64,000 nt of DNA, taken from positions 6,814 to 70,813 of the forward strand of contig JBEINY010000001.1 in NCBI GenBank assembly GCA_040377855.1. Reading direction: 5' to 3'. Of this stretch, positions 54,520-63,274 are shown in pieces. This stretch comes from Prochloraceae cyanobacterium. Its GTDB lineage: Bacteria > Cyanobacteriota > Cyanobacteriia > PCC-6307 > Cyanobiaceae. The position numbers and the translations under genes were made by a program. Each line of letters opens with the position of its first letter. Within the stretch, counting starts at the first letter, position 1. Under the pieces are notes generated by a model. That model was not told the DNA's origin, did not search any database, and was given only the letters and a program-made list of their open reading frames with translations.

Positions 54520-55926
54520 ATGCGCCTTGATCCCTGCCTGGAGCTCGCCGACTGCCAGGCCATCGCCGATGCCGCGCTGAACGTGGCCAGGCGCCTTGGC
54601 GGCGGCGTCAGCCTGGCGGTGGTGGATGGTGGCGGCCAGCTGCTGCTGGCCCTGCGGCTGGATGGGGCCTCGCCGGTGAGCGCCGAAGCGGCCCTGGCCA
54701 AGGCCCGTCTGGCGGCCCTCAGTGGCAAGAGCAGCGCCAGCTTCGAGGACGCGATCAACGGCCCGAGGCCAGCCCTGGCCCAGCTGACGGCAGCGATCAG
54801 CCAACCGGCTGCCGCCATGGCCGGTGGTCTCCCCCTGGTCACGGCCGGCCGCTGCATCGGAGCGATCGGCATCTCCGGCCGCACGCCTACGGAGGATGGC
54901 GCCATTGCCGCCGCCGGCGTTGAGGCCTTTGGGGCCCTGATCCAAAACGGCCCGCGCCCAAGGATCCTGGGCTTCGGCTTCACCTGCCAGGACGCGAAGG
55001 CCAGCGCCAGCTTCTATCAGCAGCACCTCGGCTTTCGCCTGCTGGCGGAAGAGACCCTCGATCCCGGCGGCTATGGGGTCCTGCTCGGTCTGCCCCACGC
55101 CCGCCTGAGGCGCGTCCAACTGGCCCTCGGCCAGGAACATTTGGAGCTGCTGGAGGTGGTGGATCCCGGCCAGGGCCAGCGCGCGGGCCGGCCCCTGCCC
55201 ACCGATTCCCGCAGCTGCGATCTTTGGTTTCAGCACCTGTGCCTGGTGGTGTCCTCCATGGATGCCGCCGCCGCCGGGATCGAGGCATTGATTCAGGACG
55301 GCCAGCTCAGCCCGATTTCCCAGGCACCGCAGCGACTGCCGGACAGCAACCCATCGGCAGGCGGGATCGTGGCGTTCAAGTTCCGCGATCCCGACGGCCA
55401 TGCCCTGGAATTGCTTCAATTCCCCGAAGGCCGCGGTGAGCCTCGCTGGCACGCCCCGGCCGCGGGGGGCATCCCCCAGCTCGGCATTGACCACAGCGCC
55501 ATCAGCATCAGTGATCCGGCCCGCAGTGGCAGCTTCTATGGCGAACTCCTCGGCCTGAGGCTCGCCCCGCCCGGCCTGAACGTCGGCCCTGAGCAGGATC
55601 GCCTCGACGGGCTTGACGACACCAAGGTGAGCATCAATCCCTACCGCTGTGGGGTGGGTCCGGGGCTGGAGGGCCTGGCCTACCGGCCCCCGACCACGGG
55701 CCGGGCGATGCCGATCGATCACAGCAGTCAGGACCTCAGCCACTGGCGCACGCGGCTGGCGATCACCGATCTTGAGCGCACCATGGACCAGGTGGCCTCC
55801 TATGGCGGGCAGGTGGTTGGGGAAGCGGTGACCCTGGGGGCAGGGGAGGCCGCCTCCCTGGGATTCCGACGCGGGGTGACGGTGCTCGATCCTGACGGCC
55901 ACAGCCTGCAGCTGGTGGAAACCTGA
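54520..55926 (+). CDS. three-domain fusion protein: GlcG/DUF336 (heme-binding-like) plus two VOC (glyoxalase/extradiol-dioxygenase fold) modules
   Basis: The N-terminus (AIADAALNVARRLGGGVSLAVVDGGGQLLLALRLDGA...GGLPLV.AGRCIGAIGISG.T...D) is GlcG-like. Two VOC-like units follow, ending ...FKFRDPDGHALELLQFPEG and ...VTVLDPDGHSLQLVE. The gene starts 6 nt after the Nif11-like stop. Confidence 0.8.
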   Translation: MRLDPCLELADCQAIADAALNVARRLGGGVSLAVVDGGGQLLLALRLDGASPVSAEAALAKARLAALSGKSSASFEDAINGPRPALAQLTAAISQPAAAMAGGLPLVTAGRCIGAIGISGRTPTEDGAIAAAGVEAFGALIQNGPRPRILGFGFTCQDAKASASFYQQHLGFRLLAEETLDPGGYGVLLGLPHARLRRVQLALGQEHLELLEVVDPGQGQRAGRPLPTDSRSCDLWFQHLCLVVSSMDAAAAGIEALIQDGQLSPISQAPQRLPDSNPSAGGIVAFKFRDPDGHALELLQFPEGRGEPRWHAPAAGGIPQLGIDHSAISISDPARSGSFYGELLGLRLAPPGLNVGPEQDRLDGLDDTKVSINPYRCGVGPGLEGLAYRPPTTGRAMPIDHSSQDLSHWRTRLAITDLERTMDQVASYGGQVVGEAVTLGAGEAASLGFRRGVTVLDPDGHSLQLVET

Positions 55927-56046
55927 AGGCCTGCAGGCCCTGAAGGCATGGAGGGCCCGATGGCATCAAGACGACAACAGACGAACGGAGGTCGATGACG
56001 GTCAGGGAGAGCCTGCCTACCTTGACTCCAGATTAAACCCCCCTGG

Positions 56047-56544
56047 ATGACGATCACAATCGTTGAGCTGCTGGTGCCATCCGGGCCATCACCCTTGGCC
56101 CAGGGCAGCCTGCTGGGGTTGCGGGTGTTTCTTGGGATCTGCTTCATCCGCCACGGCTGGCCGAAACTGCGCAACCTCGACACCTGGGCCACGGCGATGA
56201 AAACGCCGAAATGGCTCTGCTTCCTTTCCGCCTTCTCGATGTGGGGCGCTGGCATCGCCCTGATTCCAGGCCTTCTCACCCCTCTGGCCGCCCTGGCGAT
56301 CCTGGTGTCGATGGCCTATGCCTGCGTGGTTGAGATCCTGGCCGGTTTCCCCTTCATCGCCCCTGACCCCTACCAGATTCCCAAAGGTGATTACGTCGGA
56401 CCGATGGGGATCGGGGAACCACCCAGCTGGGAGAAAGCGGCGATGTATGTGGTCATGTGCCTGGTGCTTGCCACCTGCGGCGGCGGGGCCTTCTCCGTTG
56501 ACACACTGCTGCTCAATGATCTGCTGAACTCCCTGCTGAGCTGA
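56047..56544 (+). CDS. DoxX-family membrane protein
   Basis: LLGLRVFLGICFIRHGWPKL...four TM helices...GGGAFSVDTLL is the DoxX pattern. Length is 165 aa. Confidence 0.8.
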   Translation: MTITIVELLVPSGPSPLAQGSLLGLRVFLGICFIRHGWPKLRNLDTWATAMKTPKWLCFLSAFSMWGAGIALIPGLLTPLAALAILVSMAYACVVEILAGFPFIAPDPYQIPKGDYVGPMGIGEPPSWEKAAMYVVMCLVLATCGGGAFSVDTLLLNDLLNSLLS

Positions 56545-56690
56545 GCCGAGAATTGAACAATCGACGATAGATCAATCGGTGATGGATCAATCGAAGAAGG
56601 GCGAGATCTGAACAGGGGAAGCCAGGTTGGGAACAGTCCAAGACTGATGCACCCACCTGGCTCCTGGGGTGCCACTCGACCCCCGGATGA

Positions 56691-58346
56691 TCAGACCCCG
56701 AGGCGCTCCTTCAGGTGATCGCCGACCCTGAGGGCATTGGCAATCGCCGTGAGGGAAGGATTAACAGCGCCAATCGTGGGCATGAAGCTCGTATCAACCA
56801 CATAGAGGTTATCGAGCTCGTGGGCCTTGCAATTGAGATCGAGCACAGAGCTGGAGGGATCGCCACCGAAACGGCAGGTGCCGGCCTGGTGACCCACTGC
56901 GGCAATCGACATCGTGTTCTTAAAGTAGATCTGACGCTCCACAAGATGGTTGCGTAGATAAAGGCGATCCAGCAGTGACGTCAGCCTTCCGGTCAGACGC
57001 TCAATGGCAGTCTGGTTGTTGGGGGTATAGCTGAGGTGGATGTGACCGTCGCGATCCACCGTAACCCGGTTGGCAGGATCGGGAAGGTCCTCGGACGAAA
57101 TCCAGAAATCAAGGGCGTGCTCGGCGATCTTGTCCATCGACCAGCCGGGCATCAGGAAGGTCTCCAGGGGAGCATATCCCTTCATGATCTGACCATTGGT
57201 CTTGCCGGTCATTTGGATGTTGCCCATCGGGTAGTCGAAGTCCGCATCTCCGAGATACCAGTCGTTGATGGAAATGGTTTTCTGAAAGACGGTGGTGTTC
57301 GGCTCGTGGGCTAGGGCCACCATCGCCTTGCTGTTGTGAAACATGTAATTTCGGCCAACCTGGTCGGAGCCATTCGCCAGGCCGCGAGGATGCCTGTCAT
57401 TGGCAGACATGAGCAGCAGACGGGCTGAATTGGCGGCCCCACAGCTGACCACCACCACATCACCGCCAACCCGCATCGGCACCCCATCCCGTTCCAGTTC
57501 GATGGCGGTGACGGTGCGACCGTCTGCATCGGTGTGCAGTCGCAGCACCTGGGCCCGGGTCAGCAGCGAAACGGAACCTGCCGCCAGCGCCGGACGCATG
57601 CCGAGCACCTCCGCGTCACTCTTGGCATGCACCAGGCAAGGGAAACCATCACAGCAATTGCACTTCCGGCAGCGACTGAAGGCCATGTTGGCCTCATCCA
57701 GCATCACGCCACTCGGCGCATGGAAGGGGTGCAGACCCGCAGAGCGCAGGTCGTCCACCATCTTCTGAATGCGAGGCTCGTGGGCGATCGGCGGATGGGG
57801 ATAGGGACCACTGCAGGGGGGTTCGGTGGGATCCTCGCCCCGCTGCCCATGGACGTGATACATCTCCTCGGCCCGTTGATACCAGGGCTCGAAATCGGAA
57901 TAGCGCAGGGGCCAGGCAGGAGAGATGCCGTCGAAATGGCTCAGCTCCTCAAAGTCCTGTTGCCGCAACCGAAAGTGGGCCGCCCCGTACATCTTCGTGG
58001 CGCCGCCGACGAAGTAATGGCTTCCGGGCTGAAATGACTTGCCGTGTTGATCGAACCAGGTGTCGCTGGAAACGTAGCGTCCCTTCTGGAACACCTCCTC
58101 CGCATTCCAATTCTGGGGTTCCTGCGGGAGCCAGTCGCCCCGCTCCAGCACCAGAACACGCAGCCCGGTAGGGGCCAGATGGCGAGCCAAGGTGCCACCA
58201 CCAGCACCGCTGCCAATAATCACCACATCGAAATGCTGGCCATCCACGCTCTCCGGCTGAGCCGTGCGAGGCATGGAGGCATTGTGAAACGGAGGCCCGG
58301 CCGTGGCGACAAAGGACGTCGCAGCGGCGTGATCAGACTGGGACAT
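56691..58346 (-). CDS. GMC-family FAD-dependent oxidoreductase (copy 2)
   Basis: The track start 58439 is TTG. I prefer ATG 58346, with ATG 58274 as an alternative. FDVVIIGSGAGGGTLARHLA (ADP-binding) and a GMC C-terminal region (...GTCRFG.DP..SVLD..CKAHELDNLYVVDTSFMP..GAVNPSLTIAA). Confidence 0.88.
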   Translation of the reverse strand: MSQSDHAAATSFVATAGPPFHNASMPRTAQPESVDGQHFDVVIIGSGAGGGTLARHLAPTGLRVLVLERGDWLPQEPQNWNAEEVFQKGRYVSSDTWFDQHGKSFQPGSHYFVGGATKMYGAAHFRLRQQDFEELSHFDGISPAWPLRYSDFEPWYQRAEEMYHVHGQRGEDPTEPPCSGPYPHPPIAHEPRIQKMVDDLRSAGLHPFHAPSGVMLDEANMAFSRCRKCNCCDGFPCLVHAKSDAEVLGMRPALAAGSVSLLTRAQVLRLHTDADGRTVTAIELERDGVPMRVGGDVVVVSCGAANSARLLLMSANDRHPRGLANGSDQVGRNYMFHNSKAMVALAHEPNTTVFQKTISINDWYLGDADFDYPMGNIQMTGKTNGQIMKGYAPLETFLMPGWSMDKIAEHALDFWISSEDLPDPANRVTVDRDGHIHLSYTPNNQTAIERLTGRLTSLLDRLYLRNHLVERQIYFKNTMSIAAVGHQAGTCRFGGDPSSSVLDLNCKAHELDNLYVVDTSFMPTIGAVNPSLTAIANALRVGDHLKERLGV

Positions 58347-58464
58347 GGCAGTGGAACGAGAGTTGTGAAAAGGGAAACAACAACGGAGGCCAGGCCCGGA
58401 CTGGCGAAACTGGGGAGCCTGGGGGATTCCAGGTGGCAATCGTGATCAGACCTGGCGATCGTGA

Positions 58465-61158
58465 TCAGGCCTGGGGATAACGGCTCAGCTGCTGGATCAA
58501 CTTGGCGACCATGGCGCTCCAGCCGGTCTGGTGGGATGCACCGATACCGGAACCGTTATCGCCATGGAAGTACTCGTTGAACAGGATCAGGTCCCGCCAG
58601 TGGGGATCGTTGTGGAACAGATCGACGGAACCGTTGAAAGGCCTGCGGCCATCGTCATCGCGACGGAAGAGAGCCACCAATCGCTTTTCGAGCTCCAACG
58701 AAGCCTCCCAAAGGGTGATCCAGTGACCCGAGCGGGTCGGGAATTCAACCAGAAAACTATCGCCATAGAAGTGGGCAAACTTCTGCAATGACTCAATCAA
58801 GAGGAAATTGATCGGCATCCAGACAGGGCCACGCCAGTTGGAATTACCTCCAAACATCGCCACAGGGCTGTCCGCTGGGCTATAGGCAAGGCTCTGACTT
58901 TGATCACCCTCGGTGTAGCTATAAGGCTGCTCACCGTAGACCTTCGAAAGGGAACGGATGCCATAGGGCGAGAGGAATTCATCCTCATCAAACAGGCGTT
59001 CGCAGATGCGCCGCAGATAGCTCTCGGGTACAAGACTGAAGAGGATGCGGTCGTTGTGCCAGCGGCCCAGGTTGGCCTGCAACCAGGTGGGAGTGGTGCG
59101 CTCATGCACAAACCAGGACATGCTCTTGAGCACGTCTAGCACCGGCACTCGCAGGACCGTTTCAACGTCAAAACTGGCCACCGCAAGCAGGGGAACCAAA
59201 CCAGTCAGGGAACGGGTTCTCAGGAAGTCAGTGCTGCCATCTGGACGCTTGATAACGTCGTAATAAAAACCATCCTCCTCATCCCAATTCACATAGTTGC
59301 GGTCGCCCTTGCAATTGAGAGTGATGGCAAGCTGCACAAAGTCATGTACAAAGCGCTCACAGAGATCCTCGTACTCCGGCTCCTCAACACTGAGCTCCGT
59401 ACAGATTGTGAGCAGATTGAGGCTCAGGGAAGCCATCCAGGCAGTGCCATCGCACTGCTCGATCCGGCTGCCATCATGCAGGGGGAAACGACGATCAAAA
59501 ATCGCAATGTTGTCGAGGCCAAGGAACCCTCCCTCAAACACATTGTCACCGGAACGGTCGTTGCGATTGGCCCACCAGCCGTATTCAAGCAGCAGCTTGC
59601 GAAGGGCAGCCCTCAGGAAGGGGCGATCCGACTGGTCGGTCTGTTTGCGATGGATCTGATAAATGCGCATCGCCGCCCAGGCGCCGATCGGAGGATTAGG
59701 GTCAGACAGGGCCCATTCATAGGCTGGTGTCTGGGCATTGGGGGCGGTGAAATGGGGTGAGCGCAGCAGCATCGCCTGCTCCTTGGCGGTCGCTGGATCA
59801 AAGGTGGCAAAGGCCACCGCATGGAACATCAGATCCCACTGACAGAAGTAGGGATATTCCCAGCTGTCGGGCATCACGATCACATCGTGGGCATGCAATC
59901 GCTTCCAATAAGCATTTTCTGTTTCCCAACGCTGCCTGGGGGGCTCCGGTTGGGTCGGATCTCCCTCAAGCCAACGAAGCACACTCCAGCCGTAATACTT
60001 CTTGCACCAGAGCAAGCCGGCGGTGGCCGCCGTATGAATCAGACGGTCGTCGTCCGACAGTCCCGGCGCAATGTGGTCGAAATAATGACCCCATTCGTGT
60101 TCGCGGGCAGCAAAGATCTCAGCAAAAGGCTCTCCAAACGGCTCCGGAGCGGAGATGGAGCTGCGCTCCCGCAGCCGGAGCTCCACCACCCACTCTTCCC
60201 CCGCTGCCACCTCCCTGCGGACCACCTGGGCTGCCTTGGTCCCGACCGCTGCAGGATTGACAGCATCCATCTCACCGTCGATCACATAACGATGGAAGGC
60301 ATCCTTTTGATAAGGGGCGGCATTGGGCAGTCCATAGAGACGTTGATTGTTGGTCTCGTTCTCTGTAAACAGCCAGGCACCCTCTTCAGCACTGAGAAAT
60401 TCGTAGGACGGCAGGGATGAAAGGGTGGGGGTGATCACCCGATCACCCTCCAGCCGCATCGGCTGGTGCTGCTCATCCGGATAGCCCCACGACCAGGTGT
60501 TGCGAAGCCAGAGGGTGGGCAACAACACCAGGGGAGCGGGCTTGTCGCCACGGTTGATGATTCGAACTCGAATCAGGAGATCGGAGGGTGAAGCCTTGGC
60601 GTATTCGATGAAAACGTCAAAATAGGCATTGTCATCAAAAATACCCGTATCCACCAATTCGTATTCAGGCTCCTCCCGAGTACGGCGACCGTTTTCCTCC
60701 ACCAGGTGCTCATAGGGGAAGCGACCCTGGGGATACTTGTAGAGCCCCCGCATGAAGCTGTGGGTGGGCGTATTGGCGAGGTGGAAGGTGTAATCCTTGA
60801 TGTCCTCGCCGTGGTTTCCCTCAGGATTACCAAGACCGAAGGGACGCTCCTTCAGGATCCGATCCTCACCGTTCCAGAGCGCCAGCGAAAAGCAGAGACG
60901 GCATTGGTCATCGCAGATGCCAAGCAGGCCATCTTCCCCCCAGCGGTAGGTGCGGGAGCGGGCGTGGTCATGGGGGAAGGAGACCCAGGCGTTGCCATCG
61001 GCGGAATAGTCCTCCCGCACGGTTCCCCACTGGCGGTCACTGAGGTAGCTGCCCCACAACGACCAGGGCTCCAGGCCCTGGTCGCGCTCCGCCAGGCGAC
61101 GCATCTCAGACGGTTCAAGGTGCTGGAGATTCGTGCTTCCAGATGCGTCGAGGGTCAT
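58465..61158 (-). CDS. large GH63-like (MGH1-like, (alpha/alpha)6 barrel) glycoside hydrolase, the 'glucosidase' family of about 890 aa
   Basis: 897 aa. The N-terminal conserved run WSLWGSYLSDRQWGTVREDYSADGNAWVSFPHDHARSRTYRWGEDGLLGICD and the C-terminal catalytic-domain pattern (…FGGNSNWRGPVWMPINFLLIESL…) match how I remember this bacterial family. Much lower GC than the upstream 56 kb. Confidence 0.82.
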   Translation of the reverse strand: MTLDASGSTNLQHLEPSEMRRLAERDQGLEPWSLWGSYLSDRQWGTVREDYSADGNAWVSFPHDHARSRTYRWGEDGLLGICDDQCRLCFSLALWNGEDRILKERPFGLGNPEGNHGEDIKDYTFHLANTPTHSFMRGLYKYPQGRFPYEHLVEENGRRTREEPEYELVDTGIFDDNAYFDVFIEYAKASPSDLLIRVRIINRGDKPAPLVLLPTLWLRNTWSWGYPDEQHQPMRLEGDRVITPTLSSLPSYEFLSAEEGAWLFTENETNNQRLYGLPNAAPYQKDAFHRYVIDGEMDAVNPAAVGTKAAQVVRREVAAGEEWVVELRLRERSSISAPEPFGEPFAEIFAAREHEWGHYFDHIAPGLSDDDRLIHTAATAGLLWCKKYYGWSVLRWLEGDPTQPEPPRQRWETENAYWKRLHAHDVIVMPDSWEYPYFCQWDLMFHAVAFATFDPATAKEQAMLLRSPHFTAPNAQTPAYEWALSDPNPPIGAWAAMRIYQIHRKQTDQSDRPFLRAALRKLLLEYGWWANRNDRSGDNVFEGGFLGLDNIAIFDRRFPLHDGSRIEQCDGTAWMASLSLNLLTICTELSVEEPEYEDLCERFVHDFVQLAITLNCKGDRNYVNWDEEDGFYYDVIKRPDGSTDFLRTRSLTGLVPLLAVASFDVETVLRVPVLDVLKSMSWFVHERTTPTWLQANLGRWHNDRILFSLVPESYLRRICERLFDEDEFLSPYGIRSLSKVYGEQPYSYTEGDQSQSLAYSPADSPVAMFGGNSNWRGPVWMPINFLLIESLQKFAHFYGDSFLVEFPTRSGHWITLWEASLELEKRLVALFRRDDDGRRPFNGSVDLFHNDPHWRDLILFNEYFHGDNGSGIGASHQTGWSAMVAKLIQQLSRYPQA

Positions 61159-62672
61159 CAGAACTCACCCTCCAGGACAGCGGCGATACGCAGAGAGTTG
61201 GCAATCACGGTGAGGCCAAACCCCATCAAGGGACAGGAGGGCAGAACACTGGCGTCGGCAATGGTGAGGTTGGCCACCTCGTGGCTGCGGCCCTGCAGGT
61301 TCACCACGGAGGTGGCAGGGTTCTCACCCATGCGACAGGTGCCGCAGCTGTAACCCATCACGGAAAGGGGAGCCTCACCCCGGGGATGGGTGGGCGCCTT
61401 CTGGACCACCAGGGTTTCCGGGTCGGCCTCCACCTCCTTGAGGGTGTCGAGCCACCGGTAGACGAGCCGGTCGTGGGCCTCCCGGTTGTTGGGCAGGTAC
61501 TGGACCTGGAGGCGATCCCCCCGCAGGCTGACGCGGTTGTGGGGATCGGGCCTGACCGGACTCATGGCCCACCAGCTCACCGAACGGGAGGCCAGTTGTT
61601 CCAGGCCGAGGTTGGGCAAAAGCTTGGTGACCAGCGACAGCACGGGGGGAGACTCCGCAAAGAGGGCGTCCTGGAGCACGCCGCCACCGCTCTGGATCGC
61701 ACCGAGGGGGAAGGACACGTTGCGATCGCCCCAGAGGAAGTCGTTGATGCCAAGACCCCGCGCATAGCGGCCCCGATTGGGGGCTCCGGCCAGCTGAAGG
61801 ATGGAGGTCATCTGCAGCTTCATCAGATTCCGGCCGACCTGGTCGGATCCATTGGCCAGCCCGCGGGGATGCTGGTCGGAACTGGAGCGCAGCAGGATGG
61901 CGGCGCTGTTGATGGCACCGGCAGCAAGCACCACGTGGTGGCCGAAGAACATCCAGGGCTGGCCATCGATGCTTGCCTCCACCCCACGAATCTCCCGCCC
62001 GCTGGGGCTGACATGCAGGGCCTGAACCCGGGCACCGCCGCGCACCACCGCCGTCGGGCGGGTCCGCATCGGTTCGACACCGAAGATCTCGGCGTCTCCA
62101 CTGGCATCAACCCGGGATTCCGACCAGCTCAACGGCAGGTCGTAGGGGCGGACGCCGTGACGTTGAAGGTCGTGACGAAGGGCCTCGAGGAAGGGCTCCA
62201 GGGGACGGGGCTCGAGGCCGTATTCGCCCTGACGAGGAGGTTCGGTGGGATCGATTCCGGCCCGGCCGTGCACACGGAACAGGGTTTCGGCCTGCTCGTA
62301 CCAGGGGGCCAGGGCGTCATAGCCCAGGCCCCAGGACGGCGTCGATCCCTCCTGCAGGGTGAGGCCATTGAACTCCTGCTCCCGCATGCGCTCAAGCACC
62401 CCGCCCCAGATTTTGGTATTGCCACCGTGGGCATAGACCATCTGGGGGGCAAAGGGGTCCCCATCGGTGCCGATCCATGGCTCCGGAGGGTGATAGCGAT
62501 TCTTACGGAACAGATCAACATCGGCCACATTCTGGTCCTCCTGCGGCAATACCCCACCACGCTCCAGCAACAGAACAGAACGGCCCTTGGCCGACAGTTC
62601 AGAGGCCAGGGTGGCTCCAGCCGCACCACTGCCGATCACAATGATGTCGTAATGGCGGTCGTCGATGATCAT
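61158..62672 (-). CDS. GMC-family FAD-dependent oxidoreductase (copy 1)
   Basis: YDIIVIGSGAAGATLASELS, ...GTCRMGENPATSVVNLQGRSHEVANLTIADASVLPS. Length is 504 aa. Its ATG lies 2 nt after the ctaE stop, and its stop overlaps the hydrolase ATG (TGATG). Confidence 0.9.
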   Translation of the reverse strand: MIIDDRHYDIIVIGSGAAGATLASELSAKGRSVLLLERGGVLPQEDQNVADVDLFRKNRYHPPEPWIGTDGDPFAPQMVYAHGGNTKIWGGVLERMREQEFNGLTLQEGSTPSWGLGYDALAPWYEQAETLFRVHGRAGIDPTEPPRQGEYGLEPRPLEPFLEALRHDLQRHGVRPYDLPLSWSESRVDASGDAEIFGVEPMRTRPTAVVRGGARVQALHVSPSGREIRGVEASIDGQPWMFFGHHVVLAAGAINSAAILLRSSSDQHPRGLANGSDQVGRNLMKLQMTSILQLAGAPNRGRYARGLGINDFLWGDRNVSFPLGAIQSGGGVLQDALFAESPPVLSLVTKLLPNLGLEQLASRSVSWWAMSPVRPDPHNRVSLRGDRLQVQYLPNNREAHDRLVYRWLDTLKEVEADPETLVVQKAPTHPRGEAPLSVMGYSCGTCRMGENPATSVVNLQGRSHEVANLTIADASVLPSCPLMGFGLTVIANSLRIAAVLEGEF

Positions 62673-62674
62673 GG

Positions 62675-63274
62675 CTAGGCCCAGAGATAGAGCAGGACAA
62701 ACAGGAGGATCCAGATCACATCCACGAAGTGCCAGAACAACGATGTGGCCTGCACTCCCTGCTCACCACCATCGTAGTTACCAGGGATGAATGAGCGGAT
62801 CAGCATGATCGTCATCAAAAGAATGCCCGTGGCGACATGGAGACCATGGAAACCGGTGAGGAGGTAGAACATCCCCCCAAAACTGCCGGAATCAAAACCA
62901 AAGCGAAGCCCACTCCACTCCACGGCCTGGCCGTAGAGGAAATAAAGACCCATCAGCATGCTCAGGAACCAGAACCCCCGGAACAAAGCCATGTTCTCCC
63001 GGGCCTTGAAATGTTCTGCCAGAGCAATTGTGCCGCTACTGGAAACAAGCACAACCGTGTTGATCAATGGTTTGCCGATCTCGAGCCCCTCAACACCGGG
63101 CGGGTACCAGTCGAGAGCGTTGAGCTTGAGAATGGCATAACCGCTGAAAAAAGCCAGAAAGATTACGCTTTCAGAGCAGAGAAAAATGATGAACCCGGTG
63201 AGGTTGTGCTTGGGATGGGATTCGTGTTCCCCAGGCATCACTTCCAGGGTTTCCCTTGAATTGGCTTGGGTCAT
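62675..63274 (-). CDS. ctaE: cytochrome c oxidase subunit III
   Basis: 199 aa, the short 5-TM cyanobacterial type, with FFSGYA..., GFHGLHVATGILLM and WHFVDVIWILLFVLLY. Confidence 0.93.
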   Translation of the reverse strand: MTQANSRETLEVMPGEHESHPKHNLTGFIIFLCSESVIFLAFFSGYAILKLNALDWYPPGVEGLEIGKPLINTVVLVSSSGTIALAEHFKARENMALFRGFWFLSMLMGLYFLYGQAVEWSGLRFGFDSGSFGGMFYLLTGFHGLHVATGILLMTIMLIRSFIPGNYDGGEQGVQATSLFWHFVDVIWILLFVLLYLWA

